Part shown: positions 1-12,550 of the stretch, piece after piece
Layout of the letters: every line of letters begins with the position of its first letter
How positions within the stretch are numbered: position 1 is the stretch's first letter
Source of the DNA: Hemiscyllium ocellatum
Lineage: Eukaryota
Assembly: GCF_020745735.1 (NCBI RefSeq)
Contig: NC_083416.1
Span: 47,827,131-47,891,130 of the forward strand
Length of the DNA stretch: 64,000 nt
Direction of reading: 5' to 3'
Made by a program: the position numbers and the translations under genes
The notes under the pieces: model-generated
Seen by the model: the letters and a program-made list of their open reading frames with translations, nothing else
What the model was told of the DNA's origin: nothing
Database searches by the model: none

Positions 1-202
1 AACTAGTATCCCCAGGAGAAGAGAAGGTTCCAAACACTTCAAAGCCTTTGTAATATGAATTATTTTATATGTTATACATTACAATTTATGATTTGAGAAT
101 ATTTTGAACTGGATAGCAATAGATTAATTTGTCAGTAGTTAGCTGAAAGATTTATGGGTATCCTAATATATGCCTTGAAATTGAGCATTTTGTTCTGCCA
201 GG

Positions 203-690
203 CTGACAGCAGATCCACTACACTTCCATCCACCTCATCTACTGTGTCCATTGCGCTCAATGTGTTCTCCTGTACATCGGGGAGACAGGACGCAAACTCG
301 TAGAACATTTCATCTCTGGGACACATGCACCAAACAACCCCAACACCCTGTGGCGGACACTTCAACTCCTCCTCCCACTCTCCCAAGAACGTGCAAGTCC
401 TGGACCACCTCCATCAGCAAATCAAAGCCTGCCCTACCTATCCAACTTCCTTCTCATCTACCCTGTCCACCCTCCCCACCAACCAATCATAATTACCCCT
501 AACATGCATCACCTATTGCCTTGCCAGCTACCTTTCTCCTCCTCTTCCACCCCCCCCCCCCCCCTAAATTAATCTGTCAACCACTCTTTTATCCTCCACC
601 TTCCTGATGAAGGGATTATGCCTGAGACATCGACTCTCCTCCTCGAATGCTGTCTGACCTGCTGTGCTTTTCCAGCACCATATTTTTCAA
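203..690 (+). mobile_element. Decayed Neptune-type Penelope-like element 3' fragment with degenerate hammerhead
   Basis: Frameshifted GIY-YIG remnant (IYCVHCAQCVLLYIGETGRKL) similar to the ORF at 11625-12550; cctgatgaagggattatgcctgagacatcg at about 603-632. Confidence 0.8.
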
Positions 691-806
691 CCCCTCCCCT
701 CTTCTGACTGCAAAGGCAATGGCTTGGTCAGCAGATTCCCATACCACTTTTGAAACACCAGGGGCCAGAACTTCCAGCATCAAGAGTGGTGATGTATTGA
801 GCTTAA

Positions 807-810
<4 letters not shown>

Positions 811-850
<40 letters not shown>

Positions 851-869
851 CGCGTGCACACGCGCGCGC
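811..869. repeat. (TG)n-(CG)n compound microsatellite, alternating purine/pyrimidine tract
   Basis: About 16 TG units followed by cgcgcgcgcgcgtgcacacgcgcgcgc; uninterrupted Y/R alternation. Confidence 0.95.
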
Positions 870-1674
870 TGGTATAGGTATGTGTTAATTACCCTAACGC
901 AACCTAGAGTTATTAATCTTTTCAAACTCTGGTTTAACTAGGGGATTAGCAATGTAACCCATGCTGCTTGCTCCACACATCCAGCCCACCAGCCTGACTG
1001 CACACTCCTTTGACTTAGATCCCTGCTTGATGCCACAGCTACCAGCCATGCACCTCACCATACCTCTAAGGCTTCGTTATTTTGGCTCAGAAGTCTTAGC
1101 ACACAAAAGAGTGGGTAGGTAAAAGGTGCTTCCCTCCATTCTTGAAGAGAGGAGTTCTATCTGTTACTCTTCTGTCTGACAGAACCTTTCAGGAATGTAG
1201 TGAATATTTCATAGTCACATTGGAAACACAGAACAGAAACAGACCATTTGGCTTAATCCATATATTCCAGCTTTTACACTCCGACTGATTCTCCTCCCTT
1301 CCTTCCCCATGTAGGTCTATTAGCATAACCTTCTATTCCCTTTAGTCGCATGCTTGCCCGAGACATTGCTTAAATGCAGCGATAAAATTTGCCTCAATCT
1401 CTTGCTGTAGTAGCAACTTGGCACCACACAGATGACTTAAGTCAAAAAAAACATTATTCTGAATTATTGATGTGATTTCTTTTAGTACTCTCTGCAGTCA
1501 GCTCCAGTGACTGGGACATTCCTGTTGTTTGGAAGATCTGACCGTGTGCTTCCTTTTTCTCCTGCATCTCCACTGGACTCTTGTAGATCCATCACATCTG
1601 AAGTTTTTAAAATTGATGCTATTCCATGGAATGAATTATTTTGATCAATATGGCAATGTCTTTTTTTAAAAAGA

Positions 1675-3410
1675 ACAAACCATTATCTGGGATTTAATTA
1701 GAGATGAATAGAATTAAAAAATATAGAAATTATGCTAAATTTGTGTAAAACTTTAATTAGACTGTATTTGGAGCAGTTCTATGTTGCTATCTCATTGGAA
1801 GGACATAGAAGTATCAGACAGGAAGTATAAAAGACTACAGGCATTATACAAAACTGGAAAGATATACCTATCTGGAAAGGGTCAAATGCAGAATAAATCT
1901 TTTCTTGCCTAAGGTGAACTATAGAGAACTAAAATTCTGAAAATATTTATAAGCATAATAAACGCAGTGCTTTCATTTGTCAGGAGCTGGAGGCCATCAA
2001 AATAAGATAGTCACAAGAAATCACATCAATAGTTCAGAATAGTTTTTTTTTAACTTAGTCATCTGAGTGGTGTCACGTTGCTACTTACAGTGAGAGATTG
2101 AGGCAAATTTTATTGCTGCATTAAAGCGATGTCTAGAGTAAGCATGCGACTAATGGGAATAGAAGGTTAATGCTCATAGACCTACATGAGGAAGGATGGG
2201 AGGAGAATCAGTTGGAGTGTAAAAGCTGGAATATATGGATTAAGCCAAATGGTCTGTTTCTGTGCTGTGTTTCCAATGTGACTATGAAATATTAACGACA
2301 TTCCTAAAAGGTTCTGTCAGACAGAAGAATAACAGATAGATAGAATCCCTCTCTTCAAGAATGGAGGGAGGCAGAAAACAGGAAGCTATAAGCCACTTCG
2401 CGCGACATCTATAGTGGGGAATTTATTGGAACTGATTATTAGAGAGGTAATTTCTAGGTACTTAGGAAAAACTATGGCAGTCAGGAAGAGTCAGCACGGT
2501 TTTATGAAATGGAAGCCATATTTCAGTAATTTATGAGATTTCCTTTGAATATGTAACATACTCTGTGGATAAAGCAGAACCTGTCACTGTACTCCATTGG
2601 ATTTCCAGAAACCTTTTGATGTGGTACCTCGTCAAAAGCCTGTTACGGAAAATAAAAGTTCATGGTGTATTAGCTTGTATAAGAGAAACACTGGCTCGTT
2701 GGTAGAAAACAGTATACAACATAGGATCTTGCCTGATTGGCAGGATGTGACAAGTAGAGTCCTGCTGAGATCTGTATCAAGGTCTCAACATTTTGGACTT
2801 TACAGAATGACTTAGATGAGGGCAGCAGCTGCATGTGGCTAAATTTGCGGATGATGCAAAGATAAGCGAGAAGGAGATGGGAAGCAGGTTGAGTAAGAGA
2901 ACGGAAATCTGGCCAATGAAATATAATGTGGGGAAAATATGAAGCTGTTCACTTTGGCAGGAAGAATGAAAAAGCAGAGTCTTATGAGGATAGCTTAGAC
3001 CGGCTCATTCCACAAGACTATAGAAGAATGTGGAGTGACTTGATTGAAGTTTGTAAGGACCTGAATAGCTTTGATGAAATGGATGTGGAAAAGGTCTTTC
3101 CTCTTTAATCCAGAATTAGGGAACGTTGGTTGAAAATTGAGGGTCAACCTTTTATGAGAGGTGATGTAATTTATTTTTCCTCGATTAGAGTTTTGCGAGT
3201 ATGTTACATTGCTATAGAAGGTGGGGGTTATTGAATTCTTTTATGGCAGAGGTAGGTAGGTTCTTGTTAGTCTTTGATTTCTTTGCCTATGAGGTTAAAT
3301 GGAAAAGTGTAATTTGAAACACAAACTGATCACACAAACATTGTTTTGCCATAGAGCAGGCTCAACTGTCCAAATGGCCTATTTGAGATCCTGTTTCCTT
3401 TGTTTCTAAA
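1675..3410 (+). mobile_element. Two adjacent decayed CR1-type LINE 3' fragments
   Basis: RT remnants DFQKPFDVVP and KFADDAK, KYEAVHFGRKN, and a CR1-like 3' end ccaaatggcct...; many stops and frameshifts. Confidence 0.75.
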
Positions 3411-3611
3411 TTCATCAAATAGGAGATGGAGTTGCTGTGGACTTGAACTTTCTTGTGTATTTGTGGAAGTCTTGCTCAAATTAATTCAAGTTATATCACC
3501 TTCAGCAAAAATACCACTCCAATTGTTTGAGTCTTGGAGCATGCAATGATTTAAAGTATGTGATAAACAGCTTTGCCTCTGCAAAGAACGTAATTGTTTT
3601 TTGTTTTACAG

Positions 3612-3733
3612 GAGACATGGCTGAAAGTAAAGCAAAGAAAGTCGAGATAAAGGACATAGATGGACACACACTAAGTAAACTAATTGATTATATATACACT
3701 GCTGAAGTAGAAGTCAATGAAGAGAATGTGCAG
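3612..3733 (+). CDS. KLHL3: KLHL3 coding exon (equivalent to human exon 4), BTB domain C-terminal part
   Basis: ttttacag|GA GAC ATG ... GTG CAG|gtaatg; 122 nt; translates (G)DMAESKAKKVEIKDIDGHTLSKLIDYIYTAEVEVNEENVQ, near-identical to recalled KLHL3 GDMSESKAKKIEIKDVDGQTLSKLIDYIYTAEIEVTEENVQ. Confidence 0.96.
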
Positions 3734-5687
3734 GTAATGTACACCCACAGGGCACTACTGAAGACCCAGAAAGGGATGTTCCATTCAATAGTATAACATT
3801 CTCTCCTGGAATGGAAAATTTACAAACTTAAACATTTTGACCTGAGTTTTTGCATCTGAGTTAGGAGTGTCTTTGCGTGTCTTTTCTGGGGAGGGAGGAG
3901 GTTGGTTTTGGATTTTAGAGTTTCACGGCAGGCAACCTCCTAAGGAGCGCTGAGGCTTTCCAGTTTGAAGGTGGGTCAGACGATGACCTACTTCGATGCA
4001 TCAGCATTTGTCAAAACTATGAAATTTTACAATAAAACTAAATATTACTTCAGCTCCTAACCGTTCACACCTCTTTGTTCCCTCTACTTGCAAACATAAT
4101 CATCCATGCCAACTTATACTCCACCTACCCTCTGACCCCTTGTGCTCTCCATGCCAACAAATCCCTACCTTCCTGGCCTTTTATAGTCCCTGTGCTATCT
4201 GTGCCTCATGTCAATACATTCCTGCCCCAACCTACCACCCATTTTCCATTAATTCTCAATGCCAACTCACCTGTATTCATCATTAATATGCCCAATGTAC
4301 ATTTTAAGATTAAATAAGTTCTTGTGTTTATTGATTAATTCACTACTTTTTAAAATAAGACACATTTAGACATTGCATTAGGGTTAGACTTTAGGCAATT
4401 CTAAAAACAAGCATTGGGTTTCATAGTCACACTTCAAGGAGTTTATAAATAATTAGGAGCTTTCGATCAAATGCATGGGAGCACTTTCACCTGCAAGATC
4501 CCCTTCCAACAGCACACTATTCTGACCTTGAACTAAATTGCCATTCTTTCACTGTTCCTGTGTGAAAATCCTAGAATTCACTTCCTGATGCTATTGTGGT
4601 TGTATGTACACCCCAAGATTGCAGTGGTTCAAGACCTCGGTTTGCTACTATGTCCTCTCAGTCAATTAAGGATGGGCAATAAATGCAACTCCCATATTCA
4701 GTGAACAAAACTTTAAACTGCACCAAAGCAGTTAATGTAGCCATTTGTGGTTATGCTGTCTGTAAATCTTCCCCACACCCACGTGCATTGAAATAGATAC
4801 TACACTTCAAAAATATTTCATTACCTGCAACATGCTGTGGAAAAAATTGACAAGGTAGAAGGCCTTCTATAAAACATTCTTTTCATTTATTTTGAATTTT
4901 TTGTAAAGTCTTAATTCTGCCATTTAATGTGTTGTTGCTAGATACCTGAGTCCACTTCTGGTATCAATGGGCAGCCCAATTTGTCTTTTATTGGCTGATC
5001 TTGAATAGAGTTACTATTCTACTAAGTTGAGAAACAGCTACGTAACTCTTGTATTTAGATCAGGAAAATGTTTTTAAATGCTTTTAAGAAAATAGTTTAT
5101 ACCTGAACTATAAAAAAACTTATAAAAGTTGTCTGGAAAGGAAGCCACCTGAACTTTGCAGCAGTTATGACTTAATGGATTCACATAAAGAAAATATTGA
5201 ACACAGTATGAGAGAAGAGGTATGGATTGTCACATAAGACAGTTGTTTTGTGTTCACAGATTAGTACGCAGATTATCGCTTCCAATTTGAAAATGAGACT
5301 TATCTATATATGAACTGTTATTTCTCTGAAAGCTTGATTTGTACAGTATAGCACAACAATAACAGAATAAATTTGTCTTGTCGACATTTGGTTGAAAAGA
5401 GAAAAATAAAAATTCTGTGGTACACCAGATTTAAAGCAAAAATAAGAGCAACACTGGCAATAAAATGACTTTCTGAACTTGTGTGCTATCTTAAGGAACA
5501 AGTTAGAATGACTCATTGTTCAGCTTTATATTTGTCATTCTGTATTCTACTTTATTGCATACTGAGTTGACTATTGCAACTGAGAAAGTACATTAGATAG
5601 ACTCTTTGCTAACTATACTGAGCTCTGTTACGAAATGATGGTTATGTTTCATTCTCATGATCTTTTAATGGCAGTCTTATCCAAAAA

Positions 5688-5795
5688 ATTCTTTGTATTC
5701 TTATGAAATAAGAATACAAAGAATCCTATTTGTCTCAACTTTCTTGCTCATTGTATAAGAATACAATGAGCAGGGAAGTTGAGACAAGTAGGATT
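5688..5795. repeat. Tandem double inverted repeat (17-bp perfect hairpin plus 35-bp hairpin)
   Basis: 5688-5704/5708-5724 is perfect; 5722-5756/5761-5795 has 3 mismatches, all U-G on the + strand. Confidence 0.9.
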
Positions 5796-6887
5796 GTCCA
5801 TAAACTTCTGTACACCACCTTTTAAAGAAATCCTTTTATGATTGAAAAATCAGTGTCAACTTGTTTGCCATTGCTTTTGGTTATTTTGCCTGAATGAGTT
5901 TGTCAATGGGATTGTGTGAGCTAGTTAATGTATTTGTATGGAAAGCAATGTGTCATTTATAATCAGGCCTACATAACCTTAGCTATATCCTAGGTGAAAC
6001 TAGTGGAATCTTCAAGTGAGCCTGACTTTCAACCAGTCTTGACTCTGATTTTGGCATTATGACAGCAAATGTATAGCTGAGAGAAGTGCTTTGGACTCCT
6101 GTCAGAATTCTTCTCTTTTGTCCAGGATGGGTGAAACCCATGTGGAAATTGTTACACTTCAAATTCCCTTTTCTGCCCTCAAAGGTCCTGATTTTAGGCC
6201 CAAAATTGGCCAGAATTTCTTGGATGTGATAATTTTGTCTGACTTTGAGCTATACTATTGGCATAAAAATGTAATTGCATTACTTATACATGACGACATC
6301 AGATAGGATGTGGCATGAATTTTGACCATTTCTTTTCTTTGCAGAATGATGTGTTATGCAATCTAACATTAAGAATTTTTACTTTGCAGAAATAATTGCG
6401 TATAGAAATGCTGTCAAGAGCTGCAAAATTAAACTTCCTGCTGGGTTATAGTGCAGGAAATGAGCAAACATAAGAGGTTATGAATCAACGACAATGTCAA
6501 TGATTAAAGTGTTGTGTGAGGGTGTGTGTGTTAGTGGTGGCTGATCTGAAATTCCATACTTCATATAAACTATAGGGTTCTGAAACAGTGATTTTTAAAC
6601 TGCCAGGCTGTGAACAAATCCTAATTTTGTTTTTTCCTTGTACAGCTGGCCTTGTTGGCAAGCACTTCCTCTCATCTCTTTTAAAGGAAATGAGTAGATT
6701 GCTGGAGGATATCCTGTGCAACCATAGTTACTACGCCATTAAACTTAACCCCAAAGAATACCTTTTTATATAACTCAAACTCCTGTTAAGATTTTGTTCA
6801 TTATTGTTTCCTAGGAATGACTAGTGTCCTTCATGTTTTTGTTATCGATGTCAATTAGAATATTTAAAGAATGCATTTCTCTTATTG

Positions 6888-7012
6888 ACATAGAGTCATA
6901 GAGATGTACAGCATGGAAACACACCATTTGGTCCAACACATCCATGCCTACCAGATATCCTAAATTCATCAAGTCCCATTTGCCAGCATTTGGCCCATTT
7001 CCCTCTAAACCT
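6888..7012 (-). mobile_element. CR1/HER1-like LINE 3' terminal fragment
   Basis: catagagtcatagagatgtacagcatggaaac... is the same terminus as at 13184, 44840, 46304 and 58300. Confidence 0.75.
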
Positions 7013-7161
7013 ATGTATTATGAATTAAATTTTTTTGGGAGATGATCAGTTTTGCAGTGGACACAATGAAATTGGAAAAAAAAACATATTGTACTAGTTT
7101 CCTTAATGGTGCAGTGACTTCATCTGGAGATTTGCTAAACCAAGCAGACATGGGTGGTTAA

Positions 7162-7300
7162 TAAAAGCAAAATACTGCAAATGCTAGAAATCTGAAATGA
7201 AAGCAGAAGGTCCTGGTGAACTCAGCAGGTTTGGTAGCATTTTGGAGAAAGAAACAGATAATGTTTCAAGTCCAATATGACTACTTAAGAACTGAAGAGG
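7162..7300 (-). mobile_element. Old PLE-type terminal-repeat fragment (related copies about 9480-9550, 15445-15575, 20584-20870, 61255-61415)
   Basis: aaaatactgcaaatgctagaaatctgaaat...ctcagcaggt..gcat resembles the tail of the hammerhead-bearing PLE ends; the copy at 15445 retains ctgaagaagggtcactggactcaaaac. Confidence 0.55.
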
Positions 7301-7469
7301 ACTGGAAAATAGGTTTTATATTGTTGACACTGTGGGAGGATGAACAGATGGTGAGGGTGCCCACAGCATAAGGCAAAAGGGCGTGCTAATGATAGTGAAA
7401 GCACTCTATAGATGCAGATTGGTTATTTGGATGTGAATAGTAGAAAATAGACCTGCGCTAAGAGCAAAT

Positions 7470-8352
7470 GTCTCCCCAATGTAGAGGAGGCCACATCGGG
7501 TGCAGCAGATGCAATAGATGATGTGTGTGGCGGTACAGGTGAACTTGTGGCGGATATGGAAAGATCCCTTGGGGCTCCCTTCGTGACTCCCTCGTCAGGT
7601 CCACACCCCCCACCAACCCAACCTCCACACCCGGCACCTTCCCCTGCAACCGAGGAAATGTAAAACTTGCGCCCACACCTCCTCCCTCACTTCCCTCGAA
7701 GGCCCCAAGGGATCCTTCCATATCTGCCACAAGTTCACCTGTACCTCCACACACATCATCTATTGCATCCGCTGCACCCGATGTGGCCTCCTCTACATTG
7801 GGGAGACGGGCCGCTTACTTGCGGAATGCTTCAGAGAACACCTCAGGGACGCCCGGCCCAACCAACCCAACCACCCCGTGGCTCAACACTTTAACTCTCC
7901 CTCCCACTCCACCGAGGACATGCAGGTCCTTGGACTCCTCCACCGGCAGAACATAACAACACGACGGCTGGAGGAGGAGCGCCTCATCTTCCGCCTGGGA
8001 ACCCTCCAACCACAAGGGATGAACTCAGATTTCTCCAGTTTCCTCATTTCCCCTCCCCCCACCTTGTCTCAGTCGGTTCTCTCAACTCAGCACTGCCCTC
8101 CTAACCTGCAATCTTCTTCCTAACCTCTCCGTCCCCACCCCACTCCGGCCTATCACCCTCACCTTGACCTCCTTCCACCTATCACATCTCCATCGCCCCT
8201 CCCCCAAGTCCCTCCTCCCGACCTTTTATCTTAGCCTGCTTGGCACACTCTCCTCATTCCTGATGAAGGGCTTATGCCCAAAACGTCGAATTTCCTATTC
8301 CTTGGATGCTGCCTAACCTGCTGTGCTTTAACCAGCAACACATTTTCAACTG
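7470..8352 (+). mobile_element. Neptune-type Penelope-like element, 5'-truncated, with an inverted 106-bp 5' segment
   Basis: GIY-YIG coding remnant nearly identical to 11395-12173 in the opposite orientation; 7470-7575 is the reverse complement of 7702-7807 (4 mismatches); ends in a hammerhead-bearing terminal repeat. Confidence 0.92.
8256..8291 (+). ncRNA. Minimal type I hammerhead ribozyme, G12A-mutated (probably inactive)
   Basis: attc-CTGATGA-a-gggc-ttat-gccc-AAAA-cg-tc-gaat; core GAAA changed to AAAA. Confidence 0.75.
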
Positions 8353-8649
8353 ATGCAGTAACTTATCTGCTTTTGAAAATTATTCATTGATTTCTGCTTT
8401 ATGTCAATATAATTCCTCTTGCATTCAAGTAACTGCTTTCATTCATATCTATGCACGTGTGAAAATGATGGTAGCCTGGATGAAGACCCTAAAGGACATC
8501 CATGGAATCATGTTGCAGCGTGGAGTCTCTCCTTTTAGGGAGAAGTGAATGTGAAATCATTGGCCTGAATGAAATCCGCTTTTATTTTGCAAAAGTGCTT
8601 TTGCGACAAGAGAATACTTCGTGACTGGAAATGTTTGGATATGCTTGAT

Positions 8650-9975
8650 AAGGTACCAGGGCAGAATTAAATGCATCCCAAGGATAATGAAAAATTTGGA
8701 AATTGCAGAGGTGCTGACAATTATCTTTTCAGTTTTCCATGGATTTGGGGATCAGGCCAGAGGATTATTGAACTGCAACCATTACATCCTTGTTCAAAAA
8801 AGATTGTAAAGAAAAGCCCAGCAATTATAGACCAGTCAGTTAAGCCTCAGTGCTGGGGAAACCTCTAGAAACAGTTATTCTAAATGGAACACATTGAAGC
8901 ATGTGGATTGATTCAGAAGAGTCTGCATATAGTTGTTAAGGAAAAATTTTACCTTTTTATAAGTTGCTGGAGGTTTTGAAGGGACAACAGAAGGGGTTAA
9001 TGAGGGGAACGGCTGTTGATATGGTGTGAGTATTTGAAAAAGGCATTGTTAGTGCCACATGGGAGGCTTGAGAAAAGTTAGAGATCATGGAATTAAAACA
9101 GATAGTAGCAATGTTGGTACAAAATTGTCTAAGGCATTAGGGAACTGTAATAGTTAATGGGTTGTTTTCAGGCTAGAAGGGTATTTGTAGTGGTATTCCT
9201 TGGTGCCGGTGTTAGGACCCTTGCTTTTCTTCAATATATAGATATTATATAGAACTTGGTGCACAGGGAATAATTTCAAAGTTTGTGGATTAATTAAAAC
9301 TTGAGAGAATTATAAACTTTGACGAGAGCAATGTAGAACATCAAAAGGGCGTATTCTCGCATTAGTGGAGCGATGGTTAGTTGATAGATAAAGTTCAGAC
9401 AAGAGAAATGTGAAATGATGTATTTTGGTGCAGGAGCAGGGAGTTTATTCTAAGTCATTTAAGGTGATGGGTTATTTTAAGAAAAAGTGCTGGAGAAATT
9501 CAGTAGGTCTGCCAGAATCTGTGGAGATAGAAAGAGTTAATGTTTCATATCCTGTTCAGGATAGCTAGAGTGAGGTGTTAATACAATACTCTAAGCTTCA
9601 TAACAGGATTAGAGAGCACAAGAGTGAGGAGATTATAATGAACTTGCATAAGACACTGGTTAGATCTTAGTTGGAGTGTTGTGTACAGTTCTGGATACCA
9701 GATTTGGAGGATGATTGGGAGATTCCAGTGTTGGACTGGGGGGTACAAAGTTTAAAAATCTCACAACACCAGGCTATAGTCCAACAGGTTTATTTGGAAG
9801 CACTAGCTTTCGGAGCTCCACAATCACCTGATGAAGGAGCTGCGCTCCGAAAGCTATTCCTTCTAAATAAACCTGTTGGACTATAACCTGGTGTTGTGTG
9901 ATTTTTTTTTTAAACATTTTGTAGGAAAAATGCAAATGCATTGAAGAGTGTACAGCAGAATTGAGATTTCTGGAC
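8650..9975 (+). mobile_element. Decayed CR1 LINE ORF2 (RT) fragment interrupted by PLE-derived insertions
   Basis: IAEVLTIIF, ttcaaagtttgtggat (SKFADD-like), LECCVQFW; the CR1 sequence resumes after the 9711-9914 insert. Confidence 0.75.
9711..9914. mobile_element. Palindromic PLE-derived mini-element (family B) with hammerhead motif
   Basis: Inverted arms about 9754-9816/9844-9906 plus a one-sided tail of about 40 nt; cac-CTGATGA-a-ggagc-tgc-gctcc-GAAA-gc-ta at 9825-9856. Confidence 0.85.
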
Positions 9976-11394
9976 ATTGAGCCCTCCTTGAATTCATGAT
10001 GATGAACTCCATGTTGGTGATGTCTTTGAATGTCAAGGGGTGTTGTCATGCTCGCTCTGAATATGGCACTTGTTCAATTTGGCATGAGTGTTGATAGTTC
10101 TAGAGCACAAATCTTCTGTGCATAGCCATGATGTTTGGGATCATTGGATAGAGCAATACATTCAGCTGCTGCTTGACATAATCTCAAGCTAAAGACTGGC
10201 CTTTGTTAATGTGGGGGAATTAGCAGCTTTTTCCTTTACTCACTTGTGAGGTTTAGGTGTCGCTGACTGGGCCACCATTTATTGCCTATCTCTAGTTGCC
10301 CTTGAGAAGATGCTGGAGAGCTGCCTTTTTTGAACTGCTGCAGTGTATGTGTTGTAGGTAGACCCGTAATGATGTTAAGGGGAAATTCCAGGATTTTGAC
10401 CTGATGACACTGAAGGAATGGCATTATATTTCCAAGTCAGGATAGAGTGTAGCTTGGAGGGGAACTTGCAGGTGATGGTGTTTCCATATATTTGCTGTCC
10501 TTTTAGATGAAAGTCATGGACGGTTTGGACTGAAGGGTCTGTTTCCATGTTGTACATCTCTACGACTGTATGGTTGTGGGTTTGGAAGGTGCTGTCCAAG
10601 GATCTTTGGTGAATATCTGCAATGCATTTTGTAATTCGTACGCACAACTGCTACTGAGCATTGGTGGTGGAGGGAGTGAATGTCTGTGGGCGTGGTGCTC
10701 ATCAAGCACTCTGCTCTATCCTGAATTATGTCAAGTTTCTTGAGTGTTGTTGGAACTGCAAGTAGGGAGTATTCCATCACAATCCTGACTTATGCTGTGT
10801 AGCTGGTGCATTGGCTGTGGGGAGTGTGGAGGTTAGTTAATCAACACAGCATTCTGAGCCTTTGACCTGCTCTTGTAGCTACTGTGTTTATATGACAAGT
10901 CCAGTTGAGCTTCTGGTCAATAATAACCCCTCAGGATATTGATAGTGGGGATTCAGTGATGGAGACATCATTGAATGTCATGGGATGGTGGTTAGATTGT
11001 GTCTCTTATTGGAGATATTCATTGCCTGGCATTTGTGTGGTGCGAATATTACTTGTAAGCCCCAGTCTGGGTACTTTCTGGATCCTATCGCATTTTAACA
11101 TGGACTGTTTCAGTATGTGAGGAGTTGTGAAACCTGCTGATCATTGTTCAACCATCAACAAGCATTTCAATTCTGACCACGTGATGATGTGAAGATTATT
11201 GATAAAGCAACTGGAGATGGTTGGGCCTAGAACACCACCCTGAGGAGCTCATGCAGAGATGTCCTGGAGTGGAGTTGACTGATCTTCAGCAATCTTAACC
11301 ATCTTCCAATATGTCAATTATAATTCCAATCAGTGGAGGGTTTGACTTTGATTTGTATTGATTCTAATTTTGCTAAGGTTGCTTGATGACACAT

Positions 11395-12550
11395 CAGCTG
11401 CAAATGTGTTGCTGGTCAAAGCACAGCAGGTTAGGCAGCATCTCAGGAATAGAGAATTCGACGTTTCGAGCATAAGCCCTTCATCAGGAATAAGAGAGAG
11501 AGAGCCAAGCAGGCTGAGATAAAAGGTAGGGAGGAGGGACTAGGGGGAGGGGCGATGGAGGTGGGATAGGTGGAAGGAGGTCAAGGTGAGGGTGATAGGC
11601 CGGAGTGGGGTGGGGGCGGAGAGGTCAGGAAGAGGATTGCAGGTTAGGAGGGCGGTGCTGAGTTGAGGGAACCGACTGAGACAAGGTGGGGGGAGGGGAA
11701 ATGAGGAAACTGGAGAAATCTGAATTCATACCTTGTGGTTGGAGGGTTCCCAGGCGGAAGATGAGGCGCTCCTCCTCCAGCCGTCGTGTAGTTGTGTTCT
11801 GCCGGTGGAGGAGTCCAAGGACCTGCATGTCCTTGGTGGAGTGGGAGGGGGAGTTAAAGTGTTGAGCCACGGGGTGATTGGGTTGGTTGGTTCGGGCGGC
11901 CCAGAGGTGTTCTCTGAAGCGTTCCGCAAGTAAGCGGCCTGTCTCACCAATATAGAGGAGGCCACATCGGGTGCAGCGGATGCAATAGATGATGTGTGTG
12001 GAGGTACAGGTGAACTTGTGGCGGATATGGAAGGATCCCTTGGGGCCTTGGAGGGAAGTGAGTGTGGCGGTGTGGGCGCAAGTTTTACATTTCCTGCGGT
12101 TGCAGGGGAAGGTGCCGGGGGTGGAGGTTGGGTTGGTGGGGGGTGTGGATCTGACAAGGGAGTCACGAAGGGAGTGGTCCTTGCGGAACGCTGATAGGGG
12201 AGGGGAGGGAAATATATCCTTGGTGGTGGGGTCCGTTTGGAGGTGGCGGAAATGGCGGCGGATAATACGTTGTATGCGCAGGTTGGTGGGGTGGTAGGTG
12301 AGAACCAGTGGGGTTCTGTCTTGGTGGCGGTTGGAGGAGCGGGGCTCAAGGGCGGAGGAGCGGGAAGTGGAGGAGATGCGGTGGAGGGCATCGTCGATCA
12401 CGTCTGGGGGGAATCTGCGGTCCTTGAAGAAGGAGGCCATCTGGGTTGTGCGGTGTTGGAATTGGTCCTCCTGGGAGCAGATGCGGCGGAGACGAAGGAA
12501 TTGGGAATATGGGATGGCGTTTTTACAGGGGGCAGGGTGGGAGGAGGTGT
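11395..12550 (-). mobile_element. Young 5'-truncated Neptune-clade Penelope-like retroelement
   Basis: Uninterrupted frame 11625-12550: RT thumb HPAPCKNAIPYSQFLRLRRICS, Cys linker CNRRKCKTC, GIY-YIG IIYCIRCTRCGLLYIGETGRLLAERFREH...LQPQGMN; CpG-rich; possible 7-bp TSD acatcag (11391-11397, 12557-12563). Confidence 0.95.
11456..11491 (-). ncRNA. Minimal type I hammerhead ribozyme, intact core
   Basis: Minus strand AUUC-CUGAUGA-A-GGGC-UUAU-GCUC-GAAA-CG-UC/GAAU: 4-bp stem I, 4-bp stem II, ACGU palindrome in place of stem III. Confidence 0.85.

Noticed and set aside
616-877. ORFs with HT or CV repeats
   Set aside because: They are translations of the (TG)n microsatellite.
6329-6396. Strong acceptor-like tttcttttctttgcag suggesting a cryptic or poison exon
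   Set aside because: An in-frame stop follows after 16 codons, no convincing donor was identified, and the canonical exons already join in frame; RNA evidence would be needed.
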